A stretch of 64,000 nt of DNA from Octopus bimaculoides. Lineage: Eukaryota. Positions 1-34,370 of this stretch are shown here, one piece after another. The position numbers and the translations under genes were made by a program. The notes under the pieces are model-generated. The model had not been told where the DNA came from, did no database searches, and saw only the letters and a list, made by a program, of their open reading frames with translations. The stretch covers positions 2,428,046 to 2,492,045 of the forward strand of contig NC_068999.1 of assembly GCF_001194135.2 (NCBI RefSeq). The letters run 5' to 3'. How positions within the stretch are numbered: position 1 is the stretch's first letter; each line of letters begins with the position of its first letter.

Positions 1-250
1 TTAATTATTTCGTTGTTATTTGAGGAGGTTTGTTTGTGATATTCGTTTCTTTTTTTTTTAAATCCGAATTTGTTTTCTTCCGCGCACCAACTCAGTTGTT
101 CTTTATGATCGATCAATCAATATCTGTGGTTTGTATCGTCAAGTATGATCTATCGACCTCGGTTGTTCTTCTTCTGCGAGCTTCCAGTAAATCTGTTACG
201 CAGTTCCACATCGAAATAGAGAATCAGGCTTAGGCGAAATATACACTCAC

Positions 251-337
251 AGAGATCGGTTTCTGGCCGCTGTTTCGTATAAAATTGTAGCACTTTACAA
301 GTTTGAAAAGTGATAGGTTTGTCAAAGTATGGAACAC
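251..337 (-). CDS. Orphan internal exon of an unidentified gene running off the left edge (peptide VPYFDKPITFQTCKVLQFYTKQRPETDL)
   Basis: Strong acceptor gcttttcttttcattccatgcag|G and donor T|gtgagt on the minus strand. The 87 nt give a symmetric phase 1-1 open frame. I do not recognise the peptide. Confidence 0.4.
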
Positions 338-770
338 CTGCATGGAATGAAAAGAAAAGCTCTCAATTGAAAGTTCAACTGAGAATAAATAAATAAATAA
401 ACAAAGAAACATAAAGTAAAAAGAATGAAGGAAAATGAACAAAGAAGAAATGAATAGAGAAAGAATGAATATTGAAACAACGAATAAAAAAATTCAAATA
501 ATAAAGGAGAAAATATATATACTCGGTTTTACTTTTCTTTATTAGTTGAGTCAAAATTACCTTCAGTTGAAGTGCTGTGTCATCGATAAGGTGCGCGAGT
601 TATCTATTAAATTTCTGTTATCATAGACACGTATATACATTCTTTTTTTTTTTTTTTTGTAAGGTAGTGTTAAAAAGCAAAATTAGAAAGAGATATGTGA
701 AGGCAAACGATATTTAATATACTTTCCGTTTTCCTGTCAACTACAGGAGACAATAGTGAACAAACGCTCG

Positions 771-813
771 AATTCACTGACGAGACCAGAATACTAGAAA
801 CATGTACAGAATT
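771..813 (+). ncRNA. Degenerate minimal type I hammerhead ribozyme motif (Penelope-type), probably inactive
   Basis: CTGACGA 777-783, GAAA 797-800, palindromic A-CATG-T stem III, GUA triplet, AATTC/GAATT partial stem I. Stem II (GACCAG-AATA-CT...) looks partly deleted. Confidence 0.4.
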
Positions 814-987
814 GTCTTGCATGTTTTACTAGGAAAATTGAAAATATTATTCGTAAATTACCGATAATTCTTTTTTCCCCCTTTTTTTCTCGCTAGTGCA
901 GAGCATTGAAGTGAATTCCATTTCGGTCATTTATTCCGTGTTTGGAATTCTGTTTCATTAAACTATTATGTGTAGCATTTCAGAATT

Positions 988-1295
988 NNNNNNNNNNNNN
1001 NNNNNNNNNNNNNNNNNNNNNNNNNNNNNNNNNNNNNNNNNNNNNNNNNNNNNNNNNNNNNNNNNNNNNNNNNNNNNNNNNNNNNNNNNNNNNNNNNNNN
1101 NNNNNNNNNNNNNNNNNNNNNNNNNNNNNNNNNNNNNNNNNNNNNNNNNNNNNNNNNNNNNNNNNNNNNNNNNNNNNNNNNNNNNNNNNNNNNNNNNNNN
1201 NNNNNNNNNNNNNNNNNNNNNNNNNNNNNNNNNNNNNNNNNNNNNNNNNNNNNNNNNNNNNNNNNNNNNNNNNNNNNNNNNNNNNNNNNNNNNNN
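988..1295. other. Assembly gap (N run); other gaps at 17490-17499, 24208-24338, 32012-32167, 39899-40052, 46938-46957, 55478-55486
   Basis: Runs of N, mostly flanked by (TA)n or (CA)n microsatellites. Confidence 0.99.
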
Positions 1296-1400
1296 TATAT
1301 ATATATATTTTACTAAGTTTGACTCAGTTTTGCATGACTTAAAGTTTGGTGGACGCGTAGTCAAAGTGTCGTACACACACGACACAATTTCCATTTATCA

Positions 1401-1858
1401 CAGGGGGTTCCCAGCCGGGGTCCACAGAAGGTTTAAGGGTCCACGAGTAAAAAATTGTAATTTGTGGGTCCATATATAAATTTTGTTTACTTGGAGAGGT
1501 TCCTGTATTTATTGAAATGTTCAAGATTTGTATTTGGAATTTAGGTTCGGCGAGCTGGCAGAAGCGTTAGCACGCCGGCCGAAATGCTTAGCGGTATTTC
1601 GTCTGTCTTTACGTTCTGAGTTCAAATTCCACCGAGGTCGACTTTGCCTTTCATCCTTTCGGGGTCGATAAATAAAGTACCTGTTGCGTACTGGAGTCGA
1701 TCTAATCTACTGACCCCCGCCCCCAAAATTTCGGGCCTTGTGCCTTGAGAAGAATATAAGGAAATTGTTTCATTGTTAGTTTTTACTAACCTACAAATAA
1801 ATATTCATATATAGGGTCCACAGATGATAAGATAGCAAAATAAGGATGGGAACCCCTG
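1401..1858. mobile_element. hAT-like non-autonomous element with a nested SINE
   Basis: Termini CAGGGGGTTCCC...GGGAACCCCTG. The 8-bp flanks atttatca/gtctatca (6/8) resemble a hAT TSD. A SINE is inserted at ~1548-1750. Confidence 0.6.
1548..1750 (+). mobile_element. tRNA-derived SINE, family A
   Basis: GGCGAGCTGGCAGAA..GTTAGCAC head, GAGTTCAAATTCC B-box-like motif, GTCGACTTTGCCTTTCATCCTTTCGGGGTCGATAAA body. Many copies in the window, e.g. 7400-7606(-), 9492-9700(+), 12165-12290(+), 12325-12507(-), 17140-17340(-), 20925-21120(-), 23340-23540(-), 27020-27190(+), 33180-33330(-), 35410-35550(+), 57255-57440(+), 58120-58300(-), 62810-62960(-). Confidence 0.85.
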
Positions 1859-2689
1859 GTCTATCAAATCCACTCACAAAACATTGGCCAGTAGCCCAGG
1901 TCTATAGTAGAGCATACTTGTCCAAGGCGCCGCACTGTGAGACTGAACTCAAAATCACATGGTTGCGAAGCAACCATCTTATCAACAGAGACATGAGTAC
2001 ACGTGGATATAGAATTTTGTCATTAATAAAGTGTGAGAAACAGCCGTTACTCCTCCGCTTCTATCTGGTCGGTGGGGAAAGAGAAGAGAAGGACTAGTAT
2101 ATGTCAGTTCAAGAATTGTTGGACTAATATATAATTCTGTACTGCAACGTAATTTTTGTCAGTGACCAGGTCGCAGTTCGCGCGACGAAAATTTTGATAC
2201 CATATAACAAAAATAGAATTTAACTGTCTTTGTGTGTTTTTGAATGATTAATATGTCTTCCACGTTGTAATTGTATTAGTTTCAACTCACAGTCCCAGAT
2301 TAACGCACTCGCCACGCAAGTACACCTCCGAAATAAGATTCCAGTAATTTCACTATTGATTCTGATTTCAGTTGGCCATCCATACTTTAAAGTAATCTCT
2401 CTCTTATGAAACGTTTTAACAGTTGTCAGTGAAATGCAACAACACAATAACACGTACAGATATAACAATAAATATGTATACTACAATAAATTAACTGGTT
2501 TACTTTCTGACAATAATCTTATTATTTAATTTATTCAATTATATCTTGGTTATATATATTTTTTTTCTTCCTATTTTTCTAATTTCTTTATTCGAAACTA
2601 AAGCTAGATATATTTTGTGTGAAATTAAATTGAAGTCCAGTGTTCGTCGTTCGACTCCTACGTGTCTGTTCGATCTGTCAGATGTAAAT

Positions 2690-15183
<12,494 letters not shown>

Positions 15184-15378
15184 TATGGAAAAAGGAAATG
15201 AAAGAGCGAAATAATGAACCCTGCTGTTGTCATTTCAATCCTTCATTCCTCAGCAAGAACATTCAGGGACAATAATATGTGACATCTTGTGTGATTTGTG
15301 GAAGGCTTTTACAGTAAGAATGATAAGACAGGCATTTGCCTGCCTTTGCAATATATGTAAATATTATTTTAAATATTT

Positions 15379-15398
15379 AATAAAAATTGTAAAATAAA
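15379..15398 (+). terminator. Probable ELP3 polyadenylation signals
   Basis: Two AATAAA hexamers (15379, 15393) about 200 nt after the stop, followed by T/GT-rich sequence. Confidence 0.6.
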
Positions 15399-17439
15399 TT
15401 GTTTTGAGAAGTGGATGCTTCAAAGATTTTCTTTGAAATAAGTTATAAAATTCTTTTTTTTTTTGTAAATATTGTGTTGTATATATATATATATATATAT
15501 ACACACAAGTGAGCACATAAGTGCAAAACAAGGTGAAAAAAAACAGTATTCATATACTAAAAGTGGAGTGATATGCTTTTATTTAAGCTGCAAATCTTTA
15601 TCACAACAGTCCATGAAACTCTGGTTGGCATTTGGAAGGACATCCAGCTGTAAAAACTGTGCCAAGACTGACCTCGCTTGTGCAGGTGTCAGGTAAAAAG
15701 CACTCGATCCACTCTGCGAGGTGGTTGGGGTTATGAGGGGCATCCAGCTGTAAAAATCATGCCAAAACAGACAGCAACCTGGGGTAGTCTTTTACCTGGC
15801 TGGCTCCTGTCGAACCGTCCAATCCGTGCCAGCATGGAAGGCAGATGATGTTACATATATATATATATGTATGTATATGCACATGTAGCTGTGTGATTAA
15901 AATGCTTGCTTCCCAACCATGTGGTCCTTCAATTCAGTCCTATTGCATGACTACTATGAGCAAGATCTACTTTAGCCCTGAGCTAACCAAAGCTTTGTGA
16001 GTAGGTTTGGTAGATGGAAACTGGAAGAAGCTCATTGCATATATGTATGTTTGTGGCTACTCTTGTGTTGACATCACATGATGATTGTAAAGGAACATCA
16101 CCACCATATAAATGATCTCATTCATTTTAAGTCTTCCATGGAAAACATGTCTAGCCATGGGGGAAAATATTGCCTTATTTAGAAACAAGGTGAACATTGA
16201 AAATAGGAAGGGAATCTGGCCCTAGAAAATCTACCTCAACAAATTCCATCTGGCCCATGGACATTAAAACGATGATGATGATGATCTATGAGACAGAGAA
16301 ACCTTTAATGTGGCAAATGAAGAAGTACCAACGTAATCTTAGAAACTTTAAAAATCCAAGACCAAAATAAGAAACATCAACACAACATCTTTGTCATGCA
16401 GAGACTTTACTTCACCATAATAATTTTTTTTTTTCATTCTTTTCCTTTCTTGTCTCATATTTTTCTTTTTTCTTTTTATTACAAGAAACATTGTTTTGTT
16501 TGTTATTTCATCAACAATGGTTTAAATTCCAGCATGGTTGTAGAATTTGGTAAAGAAAATAAATAAAAATTCTTTTGATCAAAGAAATCATAAAAAGATC
16601 AAGGTTGAGGAAAAAAGAGAGGGAAAAACGATCCAAAAAGAACTAAGTGTACTTTTATGATTTGTGAATATCACAGGCTCGTATTGTATTGTTTTGGGGG
16701 TTTGAGAGTATTTTTCCTTTGTGGCTTTTTCTTTATTTTTTTTAATACTTGTTTATCATTATTATTATCACTATTAAATATATGAGTTTTATTTATTGGT
16801 CTTTAGAAGATACACATGTACATTGACACATATAGACACACATACATACACGCATCCATGGACATAGATATTCCTACAAACAAACAAAATAAACTTGGGG
16901 AAAAAATAACATTGCTAGCATGAGTGTTGTGATATGCTCAAGGCAGCCATCTTTTCTAGTTGAACAGACATGTCTTGGACAAAACATGTGAGAATTCCAC
17001 ATTTAATGTGTGGAAATGTATATATATATATATTGTGTGTGTATACTTATATATAATAACACACACACACACACACGAATATATATATATATATATAATA
17101 AATGCTTGTTTTTATGTTTAGTTATAATCCTTTCTACTTAAGGCACAAGGCCTGAAATTCTGGGGGAGGGGGTTAAGTCATTTACATTGACCCCAGTGTT
17201 TCACTGGTACTTAATTTATCAACCCTGAAAGGATGAAAGGCAAAGTTGACCTCGGCAGAGTTTGAACTCAGATCACAGCAGCAGACAAAATATCACTAAG
17301 TATTCCTCCCGGTCTGCTAATGGTTCTGCCAGTTTGCTGCTTTGTTGTCTTACAATAAAGACAATTTCATATTAATCTGATGGGTTACTCTATACTATTG
17401 TAGAATACATAGTTATTATTCTTTTACAAGAATGTTGTA

Positions 17440-17489
<50 letters not shown>

Positions 17490-17540
17490 NNNNNNNNNNT
17501 ATATATATATGTATAGAGAGAGATAGATAGATAGATATAA

Positions 17541-17725
17541 AGGCTATCATTGGTTTCATGTTAAGAAAAAATATCTTAATATCTTAGCAATTTTTCAAGC
17601 CAATCACATGGTGGAATGGTGTTCATTTCCATTTTGGATGAAAACACCATCCCTCCATGTGATTGGCTTGCAAAATGGCTAAGATATTAAGATATTTTTT
17701 CTTAACATGAAACCAATGGTAGCCT
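17541..17725. mobile_element. Foldback MITE, PIF/Harbinger-like (TAA target duplication)
   Basis: ~83-bp near-perfect inverted arms AGGCTA...TAGCCT with a ~19-nt loop; TAA at 17538-17540 and 17726-17728. Confidence 0.75.
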
Positions 17726-18301
17726 TAATACACAAATAAAGAAATTCTATCCACTAATGTGGTGTTGAACTTATTCTCATCATTCAATATTTACATATGT
17801 GTATATATATATATATATATATAATGAAATTGAATTTAGTCAAACAAAACCAAACTTCATGAAACTATGTTTTCACAAATGCTGTATCTGTTTTTTCTGT
17901 CAGTGCAGCCCACATTTGTGGAAACTTGTTGCCACAGTGAGATTGGTTTCAGTTGACCAAATTAAATTATTTATACTCTATTTTCAGTATTGAGTATTTT
18001 TTCTTTCATTTGTTAGTTAGCACAAACACATATCTACACATACACCCACACACACACACACACAATGTACATACAAATGTATACATATACATAGTAAAGT
18101 GCACCATTAAACACCTTTGATGTCTATTTGTTTTCTAAAAGCTGGATTGCTTCCTTTATATGTATATATAAAAAAATACTTACATACATGCACACATATA
18201 TGGATACATTATACACATATGCATGTTTGTATGTACATAAATACATGTATTTAAGGAGTAGAGAGAGAGAGAGAGAAAGAAAGAAAGAAAGTGATATCAA
18301 A

Positions 18302-29160
<10,859 letters not shown>

Positions 29161-30157
29161 GATCGATGACGAGGAAGAACTGGTTACGTTCTGGTTGGTG
29201 CTACACCGCAAGAGGGATAGTCAGAGGTAGAAATCAGTGGTGGTAGGAGATGCCGTCGTCGTGGTAGCAGTTGTTCAGTTGCGTATCCAGAAAAAAGCCG
29301 TGGCGGTAGTAGTGGTAGTACACGAATAGTGCGTGACAGTAGAGATAATGATGGATAGGTAGAGGCTAGTAGACGTCTTACAACTGGTGATAGTGTTGAT
29401 GGAGGAGGCGGAGGAGGAGGTATAAACAAAATGAATGTGTGGTGGTGGCGGCGGCGGCGGCAACGTTACTTGGTGGTAATAGTGGAGTGAAGTAGACGTA
29501 GAGTGTATGCTATTGAACGTGGAGTAGTAGTAGTAGGGATATTCTACTATTTTGACAATTGCGTTATTTGTTCCAATGAGTGGCGGTAAAAATAAGTCTG
29601 GGTGACACAGAAGGACCACTAGCTTTTCAATTCCACGTTGAAAAGTTGTGCTGAATATTTTGCCGAAGACGATCTTAAATTTCTGATATTCCATAATAAG
29701 TTATCTCCCATTCTTGTCATGACGTCTCGAAGAGTGAAAGACTATGGAATAAATCTACGTTCTATTTTTTTTTTATCACATTAAAGAAACTCGCTTTACA
29801 ACCACGTGGTTTCCAGTTCAGCCCCACTATACGGTACTTTGGGTAATTGTCATCTACTATAGCTCCGATCCGATCAAATCCTTGTGAGTAAATTTGGTAG
29901 ATGAAAAACCGAAAGGTGTAACTTCGTGTTCTGTCCGAAAGGATTTTTCAACCCGATATTTAACATGCTATGATTTATAGCTTTATGTGCTTCGAGATCC
30001 ACTGTTCCAAAAAGAATTACATACATACGTGCCAGTGTACCCTTATCAGACGGGTAGTCATGATGGGTATACTGGGCTTCGTATATTTTACTCCAGTGTC
30101 ACTTTGATGGCATACATACATACATACATACACACATACACACACACATACAGATCC

Positions 30158-30330
30158 TATTGGGTTGGCAAGAAAATAATTTCGGTTTTTTAGTGCAAAA
30201 TAAGAGTCATTTTTTTTTTCATACAAAGAATGAATTTTAATCAGTTATATTTTTTTCCATTTTGTTTAATGACCTTTTGCCCTCTTTCTGACAACTTCAT
30301 GATTCCACATTTCGATATTGACAGCCCATT
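30158..30330 (-). mobile_element. Mariner transposon 3' remnant
   Basis: TIR-like TATTGGGTTGGCAAGAAAATAATTTCGGTTTT; minus-strand peptide GIMKLSERGQKVIKQNGK matches the mariner transposase C-terminus. Confidence 0.7.
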
Positions 30331-31141
30331 TCAGGTATGGGGTCAATGTAAGGCAGGATTCATGGCAGACGTAAACAGAAACAACTGGCGACTTAAGTCC
30401 TGTCGAACGTAAAGCAATAAACCTTTGATAAATATATCCTCTTCTCCACTAATGTGTTTGTGTAGAGCTTAACAAAGCTCTAAAGCTATAATTTATAATG
30501 TGACATGTAGAGACATGAGTGATTATAACTGTACAAGTTTTGTTTTCTGCAATAACAGAAAGTGGGTCGGGGGAAATCATTAATGATCAGCCTTCGTATC
30601 CCCAAGGTTCTTTCGATTAACTTGCCCTCATTTCTAACAGCACCAGAAATGTGACAATAGGACGAGAGGGATGCCATTGCCCACATCCTGAGCACAAATG
30701 TTAAGGGGTGTAAGATTTCCTCTGGCGCATTATTCCTCATTTTTGCTTTTCTTCACATATTTTGGGACAGAATTTGAAATCCAGTTTTCGTTCTGATGTG
30801 TACAAGAGAGATATGTAAAATCAGTTGATTCCAAACCATTAGTAAAGTGTGCTCTAACATACCTAATGCAGTTAGTAAATTTAATTTATGGAAATTATAT
30901 AAGTAGTTACTAAGGAAAAAACCATAATTACGTGGGCAGTCAGGAGGGTAGAAGATATATTAGCAAATATAGACAAGGGAGACATCGACCGCAAATATAG
31001 ACAAGGGAGACATCGACCGCAGTGCTTAACTGGTACTTGTTTAATCGACCCTGAAAGGATGAAAGGCAAAGTCGACGTCGGCGGAATTTGAACTCAGAAC
31101 GAAATACCGTGGAATCTGATCGTTGACAATATACGGCTGTA

Positions 31142-31184
31142 ACTCTGAACGTATTTCAACCATATTAGATCTCATCAGCGAAGT
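31142..31184 (-). ncRNA. Minimal type I hammerhead ribozyme motif between RTCA and DBT
   Basis: Minus strand: ACTTCG-CTGATGA-GATC-TAATAT-GGTT-GAAA-TACG-TT-CAGAGT. Stem I 5 of 6 pairs; stem II 4 pairs including G-U. Confidence 0.5.
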
Positions 31185-31458
31185 ATAGATTTACAGTTAG
31201 ATCTTAGCTTACTGGAGAAGTGTGTGCGTGTGTGTATACACACACACATACACACAGTGTCTGGTGACGCAATTTTCGTTGCGTCTTGCAACGAAAATTT
31301 TAGTACTAAAAATAAGTAAATGAGTGGGAATTTTACCGGTGTGTGTGTTAAATTATAAGGCACTAAAAGAGAATGACTCTTCCAAGACACAACAGAATAT
31401 GCCTCAACACACGAACTCACATAAAGAATCTTGCAAACCAGATCCAAAATATATATAT

Positions 31459-31644
31459 AATGGGGGAGGCCAGTTTATGGGATTACCTTAGGTTTCCCGT
31501 TCATAAAGGGTGTAGCTTTATGGCGTATAGTCGGATCCCCAAAACCCGTTGGCTCATGACCTTTTAAAACGACGATACGTCATAAAGCTAAATTTTTGAT
31601 GGACGGGAAACCTAAGGTAATCCCATAAACCGGCCTTCCCCATT
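31459..31644. mobile_element. MITE with ~75-bp inverted arms
   Basis: AATGGGGGAGGCCAGTTTATGGGATTACCTTAGGTTTCCCG... mirrored by ...CGGGAAACCTAAGGTAATCCCATAAACCGGCCTTCCCCATT. A second half-copy lies at 34390-34470. Confidence 0.8.
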
Positions 31645-31908
31645 TTTAATATAGACTGCACTACATCTTAGAGTGTGCTTCTTTCGGATTTATGTTTTTT
31701 TACAAACGATATATATATCTTAGATAAACTTAGATATGTTTCGATCAAAGATTGGTCCAGGCCATATCTAACTTAATACCACCACCTGATAGGATTATCT
31801 AAATCCTTTTAAAGTCAAGTTTTGTTTATGGTCCATTCAAGTAGTGAGTTCTTGAGAAAAACATAGAAACGGAGAAGCACAACCTAAGAAGTAAAGCAGT
31901 CTATATCT

Positions 31909-32002
31909 ATTGCTGATGAAGGCCTGTTTATAGCGTTACCCTGGGTTTCTCTTTATGGCGAGAAACCCAGGGTAACCATATAAACAGGCCTTCACCAGTA
32001 AT
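31909..32002. repeat. Near-perfect hairpin (39-44 bp arms, 8-nt loop)
   Basis: 31913-31951 pairs with 31960-31998 at 36 of 39 positions. Confidence 0.9.
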
Positions 32003-33573
32003 ATATATATANNNNNNNNNNNNNNNNNNNNNNNNNNNNNNNNNNNNNNNNNNNNNNNNNNNNNNNNNNNNNNNNNNNNNNNNNNNNNNNNNNNNNNNNN
32101 NNNNNNNNNNNNNNNNNNNNNNNNNNNNNNNNNNNNNNNNNNNNNNNNNNNNNNNNNNNNNNNNNNNATATGTAGTGGATCTTGCATGCATGAAGTGGAT
32201 TCGATCCACCATAGCCAAATTTAAATCAACACTGCAACAGAACTTTTCCCACGGTGGAACGATGGTTTTTCTCTGACTGCAGTTTTACATTTTCCAGATG
32301 CCTTTAGGTAGGCCGAAATAATGTCTTCACCACTTGACCCTTATAAAACCCAGAATAGAGATAAGAAGACCACCAACTAAATCTATTGTTCTCAATGATA
32401 TCTCTATCCTTCTGGACAGTTATAAAAGCAAGAACACCCTAAGCAAAAATCAGTTAGTCACTTCAGTGTGACAACTCAGTGAGAACGAAGCCTGGTTGAC
32501 CAGCTAGAACCTTGGTCAGAGGGAGAAACGAAGTTTACTGTCAGCAACAGAGAGACAACGTCTCACAACCCTACAACTCTCACTAGCTATAATTCTGTTC
32601 TCTTACAACATCATTCTATCTCTCTCTGTAATTACTACTAAACAATGAAGAGAACACAAACGCATGCTTTTGGATCTATCATAACCTGCCCGTCGAGGCA
32701 AGGTATTGTAACGCAACGGTAAATATTTCCTTAAAACTTCATGCATTGTTCATCTTTCACATCCTTCAACTTGCCGTTATAACAACAAATTCTTATCATC
32801 ACAGCTGCTGACTCCGACATTTCATAGTGTTAGTGTTTACCTAATCAACTTTACCCGTTACAATTGGTAACTACACTAATTAAAGCCTAACCGTTACATA
32901 TATACTCTTTTACTTGTTTCAGTCATTTGACTGCGGCCATGCTGGAGCACCGCCTTTAGTCGAGCAAATCGACCCCAGGACCTATTCTTTGTAAGCCTAG
33001 TACTTATTTTATCGAACTCTTTTGCCGAACCGCTAAGTTACACCCCTACATGGTCATTAGACCTGCCAGAGATAGTATCCAAATCACCCTCAAATCACCC
33101 TGCCTTGGGTCTTAATCTACTGTTTTAGATTTAAAAAAAAAATTATAAAAAGATACATCTGATAATACTTTCCTCTCTATGCGCAAGGCCTGAAATTTTT
33201 GGGGAAAGACGCTAACCGATTACATCGACCGCAGTGTTCAACTGGTACTTATTTTATCGATCTTGTAAAGCAAAGTCGACCTCGGCGGAATTTGAACTCA
33301 GCAAATCCGGACGAATTACAACTTAGCATTTTGGTCTGCTGGATCGCTGTTTTAAGGCTTTGCATAATGAACTGCTAGACACATAGTCATGAAGAACAAA
33401 AGCTAGCATATTCGATAACAACTTTACCGTTACATAATAATACAATCAATAGAAAAGAAAAATATCCACGTCCCTTCTACCTATTTCAGACCCGAGTCTT
33501 TCGTTCTCCCCTTTATCGCCCCACCCACAATTAATGTCTCCCCCACCCTCCAAACACTTAAGTCTCGTAGTTT

Positions 33574-33583
33574 TCTCGCGAGA
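33574..33583. promoter_or_regulatory. TCTCGCGAGA palindrome (CGCG/BANP-type promoter motif) 40 nt upstream of the DBT ATG
   Basis: Exact 10-bp match in a CpG-poor genome, immediately 5' of DBT exon 1. Confidence 0.55.
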
Positions 33584-33622
33584 TTTCTTCTAGTCACCGA
33601 CCAAACATTTTCTGTTAGAAAC

Positions 33623-34316
33623 ATGTCTGCTGTACTGAAGCTTGTTCGTCTTCGATCAAACAACTTCACAACACCTGCTTTCCGCGTAAGTAACACCACA
33701 TATTTTGTTTTTAGCATTTCTCGCCATAACCTAATTAATATTTCATTATATTTATTTCATTTTTTTTTTCATATTGCAAGCTTGCGAGCTTTGCGGTATT
33801 TGTTCCGACTCTTTAGTCTCTGAGTTCGAATCCCGCCGAGGTCAACTTAGCTTTGCCGCCTCCCGGGGTCGATGTTATCAACTAACCACTCTCCTCTCAA
33901 AATTGTTCATCTTGTGTCCAAACCAGAAACCATCACATTGGTTATAGTCCTTATATTTATACATTCATTTTAGATTCTTTCAATAACTATTCATGAGATC
34001 AATTAAATTCATGTAATCAATTAAATTCATGTAATTAATTAAATTCTAACAAATGAGCACATGATAACAGTAACCGTAAAGATAAGGTTACTCCCTGCCA
34101 GCTGCTAAATTTGTAACCGGGGTATCGATTTCCAATTGAAATCAATTTCGTGCCATGCCTTCGCATGGGTAACATCGGAATATAAAATATCAGTTTCACT
34201 TTCTCAAACTTTATCTTGTAATTAATTTGTTCGGCAGCGGCAGGTTTGTTATAGTGGATATGTAAACACGCATATCTGGTGAGGCTGTCTCGGTGTCATA
34301 TATATATATTTTTTTT

Positions 34317-34370
<54 letters not shown>

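Noticed and set aside
193-250. 58-nt intron joining the orphan exon to a terminal exon at 192
   Set aside because: The acceptor has no pyrimidine tract; the next exon probably lies outside the window.
29184-29429. 81-aa Arg/Leu/Ser-rich ORF resembling a mitochondrial leader for RTCA
   Set aside because: It starts at TTG with no in-frame ATG, is out of frame with RTCA and ends in its own stop.
30963-31018. 28-bp perfect tandem duplication at a SINE boundary
   Set aside because: Ordinary slippage or insertion scar.
31913-31998. CTGATGA at the start of the hairpin as a hammerhead core
   Set aside because: No GAAA follows the stem in the correct register; the segment is simply one arm of a palindrome.
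32200-32700. Possible solo LTR (TATA-like motifs, unique-looking sequence)
   Set aside because: No definable TG...CA ends or TSD, and the left side abuts an N gap.
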